From contig JBEKHN010000003.1 in the NCBI GenBank assembly GCA_050012255.1, positions 96,001 to 160,000 of the forward strand: a stretch of 64,000 nt of DNA, read 5' to 3'. A model generated the notes under the pieces. It searched no databases and was not told where the DNA came from. It worked only from the letters and a program-made list of their open reading frames with translations. This DNA is from Candidatus Bathyarchaeia archaeon. Its GTDB lineage: Archaea; Thermoproteota; Bathyarchaeia; Bathyarchaeales; Bathycorpusculaceae. Positions 47,490 through 57,660 of this stretch are shown here, in pieces; within the stretch, counting starts at the first letter, position 1, and each line of letters opens with the position of its first letter. The translations under genes were made by a program, and so were the position numbers.

Positions 47490-48169
47490 TTTCTTCTCCA
47501 TGAGTAGACCTCTCCCCGCTTGTAAAGCCCTAAGGGGCATTCTAGCTCTTCAACTTTTCTGGTTATCCTGGCAGGGTTGCCTATGACCACTCTTTCAGGT
47601 GGCACATCGTGTGTCACAACTGATCCGGCTCCGACAAGCGAGTTTTCGCCAATGACTATTCCTGGCAGGATAACAGCTCCTGCTCCGACGACAGCGTTCT
47701 TGTTTACTATGGGTCCTTGAAGGCATTCTTTCCCGCGAACAGGAGCATATTTCTTGAACGCCGGACATGGCGGATGTAACACGTTTGTCATGATGACACC
47801 CGGCCCAATCCAAGCTCCCTCTTCAAGAATAGTGTATTCCGGTATGAAGCAGGCCGAATGAATTCTGACATTGTCCATTATGTCACATTCACGTTCTATG
47901 ACAGACATTGACCCGACGCTGACGTTGTTGCCTATCCTGTTTTTCTCCCTTATTCTAGCACCGTCTCCCGTGCGAAAGCTGTTTCCAATAGTATTTCCAG
48001 CATAGATTATTGTCCCAGACCTGATAATGGGAAAGTCGCCAATAACCAGTTCCATTTCATCAGCTTCAGCTCCAACGGGCGGCTTGCCTAAGATTGCAAA
48101 GTCCTCGATGATGGGGTCTTTTCCTATTTTAACGTGTTCATAAATCACAACATTCTTACTTACTTTCAT
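47486..48169 (-). CDS. Hexapeptide-repeat acyltransferase
   Basis: Left-handed beta-helix repeats, VGAGSVVTHDVP, GNPAR. Confidence 0.9.
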   Translation of the reverse strand: MKVSKNVVIYEHVKIGKDPIIEDFAILGKPPVGAEADEMELVIGDFPIIRSGTIIYAGNTIGNSFRTGDGARIREKNRIGNNVSVGSMSVIERECDIMDNVRIHSACFIPEYTILEEGAWIGPGVIMTNVLHPPCPAFKKYAPVRGKECLQGPIVNKNAVVGAGAVILPGIVIGENSLVGAGSVVTHDVPPERVVIGNPARITRKVEELECPLGLYKRGEVYSWRRK

Positions 48170-49199
48170 CTATCCTCACGCTTCTCTTTAACCGGGCAGA
48201 TTCTAACGCTTTCTCTGCTATCATTATTGTTCTTAATGCTACTTGGTCGTTGGCTAATGGTTTCCTTCCAGTCTTAATACATTCTACAAAATCCTTAAGT
48301 TCAAGTCTAAGCGGCTCCTCGAATTTTACACCAACATCTGATGAACCTTTGTCCACTGCTTTCAACGTGTCATTCTGTTCTTCGACGTGAAGGTCATGAA
48401 CGACTATCGTTTGTCTTGCAAGATCCGAGGTTAAGCTTTTTTTGCTTCCAACGACTGTCAGGTCTCGATAATCTCCAGGCGGCAGCCAGCCACTCTCAAT
48501 AATTCCCAAGGCGCCGTTGCTATATTTTAAGACAGTAATCGCCAAATCCTCGAATTCTTTCCTTCCCAGAAAATGGGCCGTTTTACAAGTAGCTTCTTCT
48601 GGAATTTCATCAAACAAATAGTCGTAGATGTCAATATGGTGTATCGCAAAATTTAACAATGCGCCTAGCTCTGCTCTTGGGTCTTTAAAACCCATGTAGT
48701 GTCCAAACATGTAGTAGATTTTTCCAAGTTCGCCGCTTCTGATCAATTCTTTGATTTTTTTCACGGCTGCGTTGTATCTGAAAATATGCCCCACCATCAG
48801 AATTCTGTTGCGTTTAGCCGCGAACTTAACCAGCTTCCTTGCGTCAGAATAACATGTGGTTAGCGGTTTCTCAACCAAAACATGCTTCCCAGATGCTAGA
48901 CACTCTTTGCATATTTCGAAGTGAGTGTCAGAAGGGGTTACCACATCCACTGCGTCTGCTTCACTATTTAGAAAGTCAGCCAGGTTTGAGGTTGTTGAAA
49001 CGCCATAGGTCTTTTTAATGCTCTCCAAGACCTCAACTCGTTTATCCACGACTCCGTAAAGTGTGCATAACCCATCATCTTCCAGCTCCTTTAATACGCG
49101 TAAATGATTCTTTCCGAATCTCCCGACGCCAACAAGGACGATTTTCGGTTTCGTTGAAATTCCTCCAATCCTTCTTATTTCCTCAAAGACTATTTCCAC
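48156..49199 (-). CDS. Gfo/Idh/MocA oxidoreductase (WbpB-like)
   Basis: GVGRFG, HVLVEKP, VGHIFRYN, IHHID. Confidence 0.9.
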   Translation of the reverse strand: MEIVFEEIRRIGGISTKPKIVLVGVGRFGKNHLRVLKELEDDGLCTLYGVVDKRVEVLESIKKTYGVSTTSNLADFLNSEADAVDVVTPSDTHFEICKECLASGKHVLVEKPLTTCYSDARKLVKFAAKRNRILMVGHIFRYNAAVKKIKELIRSGELGKIYYMFGHYMGFKDPRAELGALLNFAIHHIDIYDYLFDEIPEEATCKTAHFLGRKEFEDLAITVLKYSNGALGIIESGWLPPGDYRDLTVVGSKKSLTSDLARQTIVVHDLHVEEQNDTLKAVDKGSSDVGVKFEEPLRLELKDFVECIKTGRKPLANDQVALRTIMIAEKALESARLKRSVRIDESK

Positions 49200-49374
49200 G
49201 CCTATATTATTGATGTTCCTGATTCCTAAATTGGCAATTGAGGCGCGTGCTCAGTCATCGTCCGGGCGACTTCGCCATTTGTCAAGGGTTTTCAACCTCA
49301 AGCAGAAACGAGAAGTAAATCGCCAAACTATTTAAACTTCATGCGGCCTACATTGAGCGTAAAGGGAAAGACGT

Positions 49375-49887
49375 ATGTCTGAACCGCGGCTAGGAAAAGG
49401 AGTCATAATCGGCAAGAATGTCCAGTTCGGTAAGGATGTTGTTGTTTGGAATTATGTCGTCATCGGTGACAACACAAGAGTTGGGAACGGAACGCGCATT
49501 GGAAGCTTCTGCGACATAGGCAGAGATGTCCTCATAGGAGAAAACTGCGTCATACAAGCTCACGTAACGATCTCAAACGAATGCAGGCTTGGCAACAACG
49601 TTTTCATAGGTCCGAACAGCAGCCTGCTAAACGACAAGTTCCCGCACAGTGTATTCTTAACGCCATCAATAATAGAAGACAACGTCGTAATCGGTGGATG
49701 TGTCACAATACTCCCAAACGTGACTGTAAACGAAGACGCAGTGGTGGCTGCTGGAAGCGTAGTGACAAAGGATGTACCGCGTCAAACCTTGGTGAAAGGC
49801 GTACCGGCAGAAACAATGATGACAAAAAAGGAATATGAAGCAAGAAGAAAAACATTTGTCAAAACAGAAAAAGGCAAAAAGCCTTAG
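49375..49887 (+). CDS. Hexapeptide-repeat N-acetyltransferase (WbpD-like)
   Basis: LbH repeats, FIGP...NDKFP, AAGSVVTKDVP. Confidence 0.88.
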   Translation: MSEPRLGKGVIIGKNVQFGKDVVVWNYVVIGDNTRVGNGTRIGSFCDIGRDVLIGENCVIQAHVTISNECRLGNNVFIGPNSSLLNDKFPHSVFLTPSIIEDNVVIGGCVTILPNVTVNEDAVVAAGSVVTKDVPRQTLVKGVPAETMMTKKEYEARRKTFVKTEKGKKP

Positions 49888-49888
49888 A

Positions 49889-50083
49889 TCATACTATCTT
49901 CGCGATTTGCATAACCTCAATTTTTTCGGGCAATCCTGTTTCCTTGGGTATCTTCCACCCTTTCTCCGTCTTAACATCAAACCAGTAAGCATAAAATTTC
50001 CTGCTTTCCATGAACCGTTCAAAAAGTGGATGTCCAACGTCGCCCACACCAACGATTTTCAAACCTTTCATTTGGTGCTTCAC
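49889..50083 (-). pseudogene. Relic N-terminus of a nucleotide-sugar dehydrogenase
   Basis: IVGVGDVGHPLF...FDV Rossmann start with no remainder. Confidence 0.45.
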
Positions 50084-50145
50084 TCATTGGGACATCAAAA
50101 TTACCGGGGTTACACGCAAACGTGAATATACGATGCGGGAACTTC

Positions 50146-51129
50146 TCATGCGCCGATTTTCTTTACAACATCAGCAATAACGTCAACTGGATTTTCAAGC
50201 TCAGCCAGCAAATGTTTAACGTCATACTTCTTGCCAAGGAGTTTCTCCGCAAGTCTCAACGCGTCCGCGGGTTCAACCCTGAAAATCGGAAAGCCTTTCT
50301 TGGCTAAAAACTCATTTACGTGTTGTTTTCGAAATAGGTTAACAATTATTGCAGGTATTCCCTGCAGCGCTGCTTCTCGTGTACTGGTGCCTCCAACGCC
50401 GACGAAAAGATCAGCTTGTGCAATTAGGCTGGCCGAATCAACGAACCCTTTGGGCACAATTAGGTCTTTGATAGATTTGCGAGTGTACCTTGAAAGAAAC
50501 ACAACTTTTCCAAGCAGGGGCAGCTTTTTTGCTAACGCAAGGAGGTCTACTTTCTCTTTGGTGTAGACGGCTCTTTCTTCAAGCTGCCTAACCACGATCA
50601 GTGGTTTTCCGAAATCAAACTTTGTCTTCGGCTCATAGTTCTTGATCCATGCGACCTCGTCCACGCCGTCAAAACTTTTTATTTGTCCCCCAGTGTTGTA
50701 GGTTTGCAAGATTCTTCTTGGAATTGCTTTTGAGGCAATGATGTAATCTGACAAGGTTAGCGTAAGTCTGTGCACGGCCTCTGCATAAGGAGTGTCGACC
50801 GTTGAGATTATTGGGACTCCTAAACCAAACGCTACTCTGCATTGGTCCACGGAGCCATGCGAGATGGCAACGTCCAGAGTGTCTTGGTCAAAGATCTTGC
50901 AGAAAAATCGCTGTCGGCGGATGCTTTCTTTCAGTCTTGTCATCAGGGATTTGGGGTTGTACCTCCCTGCTACGATGAACTCTTCTTCCAAAAACTCGGC
51001 CAGCGGCAGGGTGTCTGGGTGCTTCCTTGTGGTTAGTGTGACTTCATGTCCCAAGCTTCGGAGACGTCTTGCAATCGCGACGGCATATCTCACTTGTTTT
51101 CCTGTGCCAGCGTCATACCAGATCTTCAT
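50146..51129 (-). CDS. DUF354 family (GT-B-like) protein
   Basis: KIWYD...KQV, GVDEVAW, GGTSTREAALQGIP; start MKIWYD via ATGA overlap. Confidence 0.85.
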   Translation of the reverse strand: MKIWYDAGTGKQVRYAVAIARRLRSLGHEVTLTTRKHPDTLPLAEFLEEEFIVAGRYNPKSLMTRLKESIRRQRFFCKIFDQDTLDVAISHGSVDQCRVAFGLGVPIISTVDTPYAEAVHRLTLTLSDYIIASKAIPRRILQTYNTGGQIKSFDGVDEVAWIKNYEPKTKFDFGKPLIVVRQLEERAVYTKEKVDLLALAKKLPLLGKVVFLSRYTRKSIKDLIVPKGFVDSASLIAQADLFVGVGGTSTREAALQGIPAIIVNLFRKQHVNEFLAKKGFPIFRVEPADALRLAEKLLGKKYDVKHLLAELENPVDVIADVVKKIGA

Positions 51130-51620
51130 TTTCGAACCCTCAAGAATTGGCACGAGACCATTTTTGCCGTGAGGTGGTCTTCGTCGGTGTTTCCGATGAA
51201 CAGGATGTTTGGCAGAGGCGTTCTAAGCTTTTCTGCGGCAGTCTTGAGCTGTTCAGCTCTGTCGAGGCAGTTTTCTCTTGTGATAATAAGGTTGAATGAC
51301 AAACCTAAACGTTCGAGGACGGTCTGCACCAAAGCCTTGCCCTGCATCGTTACGAGAACCCTGGGCTTCTCAGAAAACTTCTTGTACAGGGCAATTCCCT
51401 CGTCATTTGATTTCATGCCTGCAAGCGCTTCGACCTCGGCTCTATCCCAAGCTTTGAAAAGTTGTTTTCTTGCTTTTTCATCCAGTTTAGAAATTGTCTT
51501 TGTTAATGGGCGCACATTATCAGTCTTCATGATTTTGCCGAATTCTCGAAAAAGCCTCTCGTAATCTATTGGCAGATGAATCAATGTTCCGTCGAGGTCA
51601 AATATCACAGCTTCGATCAA
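51126..51620 (-). CDS. HAD-family hydrolase
   Basis: FDLDGTL, ILFIGN..ED. Confidence 0.87.
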   Translation of the reverse strand: MIEAVIFDLDGTLIHLPIDYERLFREFGKIMKTDNVRPLTKTISKLDEKARKQLFKAWDRAEVEALAGMKSNDEGIALYKKFSEKPRVLVTMQGKALVQTVLERLGLSFNLIITRENCLDRAEQLKTAAEKLRTPLPNILFIGNTDEDHLTAKMVSCQFLRVRK

Positions 51621-52690
51621 CGGTACATTTCCCCGAGGACCTTCCCATTCTTAACCAGTCTTGCGGGCGCGTCAATATGGCGGATCCAATAGGTGTTCTC
51701 CGGCAGAATGTTATACTTTGGCACTTTTGGTAGGTTTTCTTTGAACGCAAGCCTCACGTACAAGTATGGAATGTTAGCGCAATAATCCTTGCGTAACACT
51801 TTGCTTGCGTAAGAGAAGAAAAAGGACGTGGTGAACATTCTTCCAGCGTTGATTTCTGTCACGCAAGGCTGTCCTTCTTTGTTTTCTTTCAAGTCCACAC
51901 AGGCGATCCCGTTGAAATCAGGGTCGATGGCTAAGACGGCCCTTGTCCCAATCTCATTTGCCTTGTCGTCGCAAATGGTTTTCTGGGTCGCAGGCGTGCC
52001 CGTAACACCTGAAGGAGCGAGGTTTGGATAGATGTACTCGAGGCGTTCTCTTGCCATAGACGTGACGAGTTCGCCGTCCTTCCATAAACTGTGGAAGCCT
52101 ATGTTTCTTCCTGGCAAATACTCCTGTGCAATGAATTTCCAATTCATTCTTCGGGATTTCCAATACTCAATCCATGCCAAAGCAGTTTTCTTGTTGAAGG
52201 CCGCGGTGCTTCCCCTGCCACCAGCACCATGTCTAGCCCTAATCCAAATGGGGCTTCCAAACTCTTCAAACGCCTTGTCAACATCTGATTCTCCATGCAG
52301 CTCAAGTGCTCTCCCAGCTGGAACATCGCCTCTATGCCATATTCTTGCAGATTCTAGTTTATCCTGACATTTTCGTATGGCTTCTTTCGATGGGAGGAAA
52401 ACATCTGCATCCAGTCTTTCACGGTTTTCTGAAACAGTTGCCACCTCAACATCTGGCTGAGCATGGATAAATTCAACTTTCTCTTTCCGCGTGACCTCAT
52501 TTAACCTTTCAATATAGGTAGCTTCAGTTGCTTCAGGAACTGGATAATTCTTATCTCCAGAAGCTAAGTGTATGAAATATTCGTTGGCTTCCGTTCCGAC
52601 TATAAACATCTTTTCAGGTGCAATTCTCAGAGACTTGACAAAATTCAGTCCAGCTGGTCCTCCAGCACCTGTAACCAGAATTCTCTTCAT
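51617..52690 (-). CDS. ATP-grasp domain protein (CPS/PylC-like)
   Basis: TGAGGPAG N-terminus, CQDK, QEYLPG, EINAGR. Confidence 0.85.
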   Translation of the reverse strand: MKRILVTGAGGPAGLNFVKSLRIAPEKMFIVGTEANEYFIHLASGDKNYPVPEATEATYIERLNEVTRKEKVEFIHAQPDVEVATVSENRERLDADVFLPSKEAIRKCQDKLESARIWHRGDVPAGRALELHGESDVDKAFEEFGSPIWIRARHGAGGRGSTAAFNKKTALAWIEYWKSRRMNWKFIAQEYLPGRNIGFHSLWKDGELVTSMARERLEYIYPNLAPSGVTGTPATQKTICDDKANEIGTRAVLAIDPDFNGIACVDLKENKEGQPCVTEINAGRMFTTSFFFSYASKVLRKDYCANIPYLYVRLAFKENLPKVPKYNILPENTYWIRHIDAPARLVKNGKVLGEMYR

Positions 52691-53059
52691 GTTTGCATAC
52701 CCACGATTGCCTCAAGAGGCTGCGCAGACTCTTGTCGCAATTTTTTGCTTTGCATATACAGATTACATCCTAATATTTGTTCTCTTGCAGCCAAACTCTA
52801 ACAAGATAATGTTTCGAGACTCAAGGAAACTGGAAGTCCAGCTTGGTAGGGACCGCGAAGGAGAAAGGAAAATTGAGAATATTCTCTGGAATAGTGCTTA
52901 TGCCGCTCTTGATAGTCAGGTGGACGCTGGCGTTTAAGATCCACCAGTCAAAGCTGGAACGAGCGGGGACACTGGCATATTCCAATAGCAACACCATAGA
53001 AACTTCGTCCACAATGAATATCTGCTGATTTAACCAGTATAGCTATTGGAGAAAGGAGG

Positions 53060-54757
53060 TTGTCAAAGGGCGTAGTTTCTGGAACAATGCTGGCACTGCC
53101 GTTAATAGGCATGTTATTACTAATATTAACTGTTCAACCCGTTGAAACGAGTAATTACACACGTTTCAAAAACCTAACAACCACTCCCCAAGGTACCCTT
53201 CATGGTTGGCTCGATTACTTCGCTTCCTCTGTCAATTGGACAGAAAGCATGGATACAAAGTATTTAGGATATATCTTCGGTGAAACTACTTTAGCCGATT
53301 TACAGCAAAGTATCGGAACTATGACAAATTGGCAAGACGTTCTAACATGGAGCGCCAGACTCCATAAATATGATGGTTCCAACGGTTACACTGACAACCA
53401 GACGAAGATTCAATGGGCGTTAGACAACGCAACGATGCTCACAAGTCAAGGCTTGCCCAACAGTACAAACTTAGGAAGTCCAACCTCTGACTATTTTTCC
53501 GTTTACAACAGAGAATGGCTCTGGGGCTACTACTGGGCGATTAACTACGGCTATGACTTGTCAAAGTGGAATCTGACATTAGCTTACAGCAATTTTAGAA
53601 CTGCGTGGGTTAATCATGGCAGCGGATTTTTATGGTACTACACCACTACCAGTGTTTATGATGCTGGTCCACGCTACTATGATGAAGAGGCAGAAACAAT
53701 AGCGTGTTTCTTACAGTTTTATGATTTCAATGTCACAAATGCTCTGCAAGACGCACAAACCGAGTGGAATAGGGTTAATCAAAACGCTAGGTCTGGGGGA
53801 TGGTGGAACTCTGGAAACGAGACCGAACTAGCTCACTATCAATACCTCAATGGAACAGGCGTTGGTCCAGATCGTTGGGAATGTGAAGCTGGAGGTTTCC
53901 TTGAGATAGCAGCATGGTTAAAATATGAAAATGGCAGTACGGCGTATTCAACTAATCTTCTTACTGACTTTGAAAACCGTTTCCTATCAAGCTTGTGGCA
54001 ATCTCCGCAGTGGAATAATTATGTTGTTGTCCATGCCTACTCACAATTTGGCTTCAGTAACCCTCAGCTTCGCCTACCAAATACACTCATGGCTTGGACT
54101 TCTATGCTAGGAATGTTCAACCTTTTCAATGCGACGTATCAGCATGATATAACTAATCTCTTGCAAGGTTACACTGCATCCAATATTACATATTCTCCAG
54201 CTTGGAATCTTTTGATGTTCAATTCAACGCTCTTTTCCTCTGATACGTATCAGTTCGCATTGACAAGCCCTTCTGGAACTACAACCAACATTGCTACTGC
54301 TCTTGCCACAGCTTTAATGTTTGAACTTGGCCTAGTTCCCATAAACGCAACACTGGCAGTTCCAATCGAAGAAATGCACTACGAATACACTTATAATATG
54401 TTAGACCATGACTTGTTTAATATCAACCTCACTGCAAGAAACGTTACGTTGAGTATTGCGAAAAACGGAACTGTGGCTTTTATATTCAATTCTACCATTA
54501 ACTGGAGCTTCAGTCAAGATGGAGTGTACGTAGTTGAGTTTAGCACCGACTGGAACAGCATAACAAGTGTTGCAAGAATCGGCGATCTGCCAAGTAACAG
54601 GAAATATCTGCTTCAAGCATTCATTACCCTTTCACCGCACTCTTCTCTAGGAACAACCGTCTTAGAAGGTCCATACTACACTTGGGGTGGAACAGAATAC
54701 TGGATTGTGGGATTGAGAGGAAAACGTCCAATGCGTCTAGTCTCCATGTATTGTTAG
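53060..54757 (+). CDS. Secreted, sequon-rich hypothetical protein
   Basis: Signal peptide ending VQPVET; many N-x-S/T sequons; Trp/Tyr/Asn/Thr-rich. Confidence 0.8.
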   Translation: MSKGVVSGTMLALPLIGMLLLILTVQPVETSNYTRFKNLTTTPQGTLHGWLDYFASSVNWTESMDTKYLGYIFGETTLADLQQSIGTMTNWQDVLTWSARLHKYDGSNGYTDNQTKIQWALDNATMLTSQGLPNSTNLGSPTSDYFSVYNREWLWGYYWAINYGYDLSKWNLTLAYSNFRTAWVNHGSGFLWYYTTTSVYDAGPRYYDEEAETIACFLQFYDFNVTNALQDAQTEWNRVNQNARSGGWWNSGNETELAHYQYLNGTGVGPDRWECEAGGFLEIAAWLKYENGSTAYSTNLLTDFENRFLSSLWQSPQWNNYVVVHAYSQFGFSNPQLRLPNTLMAWTSMLGMFNLFNATYQHDITNLLQGYTASNITYSPAWNLLMFNSTLFSSDTYQFALTSPSGTTTNIATALATALMFELGLVPINATLAVPIEEMHYEYTYNMLDHDLFNINLTARNVTLSIAKNGTVAFIFNSTINWSFSQDGVYVVEFSTDWNSITSVARIGDLPSNRKYLLQAFITLSPHSSLGTTVLEGPYYTWGGTEYWIVGLRGKRPMRLVSMYC

Positions 54758-54886
54758 CTCCGAGACATCAAATCACTCGCATCTAAGAAACACTGTACAC
54801 AATGGTACATTAAAAGGGGACATATAGCAGCAGCACAGAAAACCTTAATTTGAGGCTACTTAGTGAAGAAAAGACAGAAAATGAGA

Positions 54887-54964
54887 GGGCCGGTCGTCTA
54901 GCTTGGTTAGGACATTGGCTTTACGAGCCAAAGGTCGCCGGTTCAAGTCCGGTCCGGCCCACCA
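54887..54964 (+). tRNA. tRNA-Val(TAC), intronless, CCA encoded
   Basis: GGGCCGG..TTGGC-TT-TAC-GA-GCCAA..GCCGG-TTCAAGT-CCGGT-CCGGCCC-A-CCA. Confidence 0.96.
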
Positions 54965-55068
54965 AGAACTTTCTTTACCGAAAGAAACTCAGCATGCGTT
55001 GATGCCAATGAGCCTCACATGAACTGTGCGAAAAACCAAAAAAGAAAAAAGAGAATTGTCCTGACGTT

Positions 55069-55713
55069 CTAATCTTTTGTGAATTCTTCTCCAGGTTTAA
55101 GCAGGATGACTTGGATTTTGGATTTCGCTTCTACATCGTTCTTTAGTTCACTAGGACTTGTGTTCCACCTGTGCATTGGGATGACGAATTGTGGTTTGAT
55201 TGCCAACGCCGCCTCTGCAGCCTCAGGGTTGTCCATGGTGTAGGTTCCACCGCTGGGGAGTAACGCGAGGTAGACGTTTCTGAGGTTTCTCATCTCTGGA
55301 ATGAAGTCTGTGTCTCCTGCATGATAGATGGTTTTGTCCCCTATCGTTATCAGATATCCGACTCCGAAGCCTTTTGGATGGAATGGGTTGCCAGGAGACC
55401 TGAACCTCTTGTAGTTGTAAGCTGCGACGGCTTCCACCGTGACGGCTCCGAGAGAAACCTTTTCTCCAGGCTTAAGCGACTTCACGTTTCCTCCTATCTT
55501 CGAGACGCAATCGGCCGGGGCAATGACTAAGGCGTCTTCCTTTCGGATCTTCTTTATTTTCGACCTGTCGCAATGGTCATCATGGGAGTGGGAGACCAAT
55601 ATCAGGTCCGGTTTGTCCTTGTATTCTCCTTCAAAAGGATCGATGTAAATTGTCTTATCGTCGGCCTTTATCTCAAAGCTCGCGTGCCCTAACCATTTGA
55701 CAGAAATACCCAT
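55069..55713 (-). CDS. MBL-fold metallo-hydrolase (UPF0173/UlaG-like)
   Basis: WLGHAS, IDPF, SHSHDDH, YHAGDT, IPMH. Confidence 0.9.
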   Translation of the reverse strand: MGISVKWLGHASFEIKADDKTIYIDPFEGEYKDKPDLILVSHSHDDHCDRSKIKKIRKEDALVIAPADCVSKIGGNVKSLKPGEKVSLGAVTVEAVAAYNYKRFRSPGNPFHPKGFGVGYLITIGDKTIYHAGDTDFIPEMRNLRNVYLALLPSGGTYTMDNPEAAEAALAIKPQFVIPMHRWNTSPSELKNDVEAKSKIQVILLKPGEEFTKD

Positions 55714-55789
55714 CTTAAACCAACCCACTGCAATGGTACGTTTACGGAAGTATTACTTAAAGGCTTTAGCCCGCTCTAGGTCACCAGGT

Positions 55790-56653
55790 CTAATGAAGCG
55801 AAGATCTTTCTCTCTGCAGAAGTCCGTTTACTGCATTCACGAGGGCCTCGCATGCGGCTCGTCTGGTTTCGAGAGAGCCATCGATCTCAAGGTTCTCGAT
55901 CTCTTTCTGTTGATCTCGTATCTGCTCGATGACGGGCTGCTTCTTTTTCTCGTATTCATCTCGGAGCCTCTCTTTTTCAGAACTGAAGTGTTGCAGGGTT
56001 AATGCGAGCTCGCTTTGTGCAGAGTTCAGTCTCTGGGTTGCCTCTGCCTCTTTTTGTGCCCTAGCCTTCTCCGAGACGCGTCTGAAGATGCCCGTTTTCA
56101 TTCGAGCTATACGATCCAGCTCTTCTCTGAGACCATCAATATTGCTAGACAGACGCCTGATTTCACTAGCTTTCCGCCGTTCGATCTCTCTCGTCTTATC
56201 AGTATATTCTTCTTCGATTCGTTCAAGAAGAATTCTATTGCCCGAGAGGCCTTTGGTAATTCTGTCAAGCGTAGCCTCCTCGCGCCGTCTTTCCTCAAGC
56301 TCAACCTCAACATTCGAAAGTATCTCTGAACGTTCCTTCACGAATTGACCATCTACGCTTACGGTGGGACTTGACTCAAACTCAAATACAACGTCTCTCA
56401 GGTCGACAAGCCAACTGCCGAAGTACTCACTGAAGGGGGAAAGAGCAAATCTCTGGTTTCCCAGGCTACGTAGCCTGTTTAGAGTCCTGTCCGAAACTTC
56501 TTCTAAGGTCGGAACATGATGCTCCTCTGACATGTAGCTGCTACTCGATCGGCGTTTCTGTCTTGTAGCTTTGGCTCTGGCCTTTTTACGTCGCGACATT
56601 CCATGTCCTCGGCCGGAGCTTCCGGGTGACCTTACCCGCGATTGGTATCCCAT
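55790..56653 (-). CDS. Coiled-coil hypothetical protein with basic N-terminal tail
   Basis: LGNQRFALSPFSEYF.WL followed by long heptad repeats; start at MGYQ 56653 after a TTTAAATA box. Confidence 0.75.
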   Translation of the reverse strand: MGYQSRVRSPGSSGRGHGMSRRKKARAKATRQKRRSSSSYMSEEHHVPTLEEVSDRTLNRLRSLGNQRFALSPFSEYFGSWLVDLRDVVFEFESSPTVSVDGQFVKERSEILSNVEVELEERRREEATLDRITKGLSGNRILLERIEEEYTDKTREIERRKASEIRRLSSNIDGLREELDRIARMKTGIFRRVSEKARAQKEAEATQRLNSAQSELALTLQHFSSEKERLRDEYEKKKQPVIEQIRDQQKEIENLEIDGSLETRRAACEALVNAVNGLLQRERSSLH

Positions 56654-56729
56654 GAACAAAACCTCTCGTATTTGAGTATTTAAAGCGTTATCAGGTTTAT
56701 CTATGCGACGATTAGCCCGGCTTGAAACG

Positions 56730-57473
56730 CTAGAATAGCACTTGACAGGGTATTCTTTCCTTTTCAAAGGCACTGGCAAGCTCTTTTTTCTTAGAGGCAA
56801 AGAAATCGTCAGTCATTGCATATTGCAATTTGAATTTCCTGTACACCCAGTCTGCGTAATGATAGTTCATCTTGTCGATTAGCACATAGTCCGCTCTTCT
56901 TCTTAGAAGAGCCGCCAGACCTTCGGCTTTCGGCAGTAGTGGCGCTATCATCGCGAAGGTTCTGATGCCTGCTGAACGAAGTTTCATGAGCGTTTCAATC
57001 CTTTCGCTGATCGGCGGCGAGTTGGGTTCAAACACCTTCCTAGTACCGTCGTCGGCTGTGGTAATAGTAACTCCGACTTCTACGTCGTTGATTTTTCTGA
57101 GCAGGTCTACGTCTCGGTTCACGAGTGAGGATTTTGTCTGAACGGTAACGGGCCAAGCGTGTTTCGACAGCGCCATTAGGCACTTCTTCGTCAGCTCATA
57201 TTTCTTTTCCAGAGGCTGGTAAGGGTCACATGTTCCACTCATCCAGACTCTGCCCGCTGTTTTCTTTTTCAACTCCACTTGCAGCAGGCTTGGTGCGTTG
57301 ATCTTTGCATCCACGAACTCGCCCCACTCTTCCTTGTGACCAGTGTACCTCTTCATGAACCGTGCGTAACAGTATGTGCAGCCGCGCTCACAACCAATGT
57401 AGGGATTAACGGAATAATCAAAGACCTTCGATTTGGACAGAATTGTCTTCGCATGAACTTCTTTGACGATCAT
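56730..57473 (-). CDS. Radical SAM protein (SplB/Rv2578c-like)
   Basis: NPYIGCERGCTYCYA, DPYQPLE, QTKS, FEP. Confidence 0.9.
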   Translation of the reverse strand: MIVKEVHAKTILSKSKVFDYSVNPYIGCERGCTYCYARFMKRYTGHKEEWGEFVDAKINAPSLLQVELKKKTAGRVWMSGTCDPYQPLEKKYELTKKCLMALSKHAWPVTVQTKSSLVNRDVDLLRKINDVEVGVTITTADDGTRKVFEPNSPPISERIETLMKLRSAGIRTFAMIAPLLPKAEGLAALLRRRADYVLIDKMNYHYADWVYRKFKLQYAMTDDFFASKKKELASAFEKERIPCQVLF

Positions 57474-57660
57474 GGCGGTCAACTATTTCCAAGAACTGGC
57501 TGAAGTATGCAAAGAGCTTGGACGAGACTCTTGTTGTTCCAACATCATCTTTACACTGAAAACAGACATCATACAGTAGGCTATTAAGTCAGTCCCTTTC
57601 GCAGTGCGAGCTACATGCAAGGTCGCCGTCGCTTCTATATACCTAAGCTGCTGAAATGAA

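Noticed and set aside
56654-56800. N-terminal extension of the coiled-coil ORF
   Set aside because: Overlaps the radical SAM gene end and a TATA box; ATG 56653 is the better start
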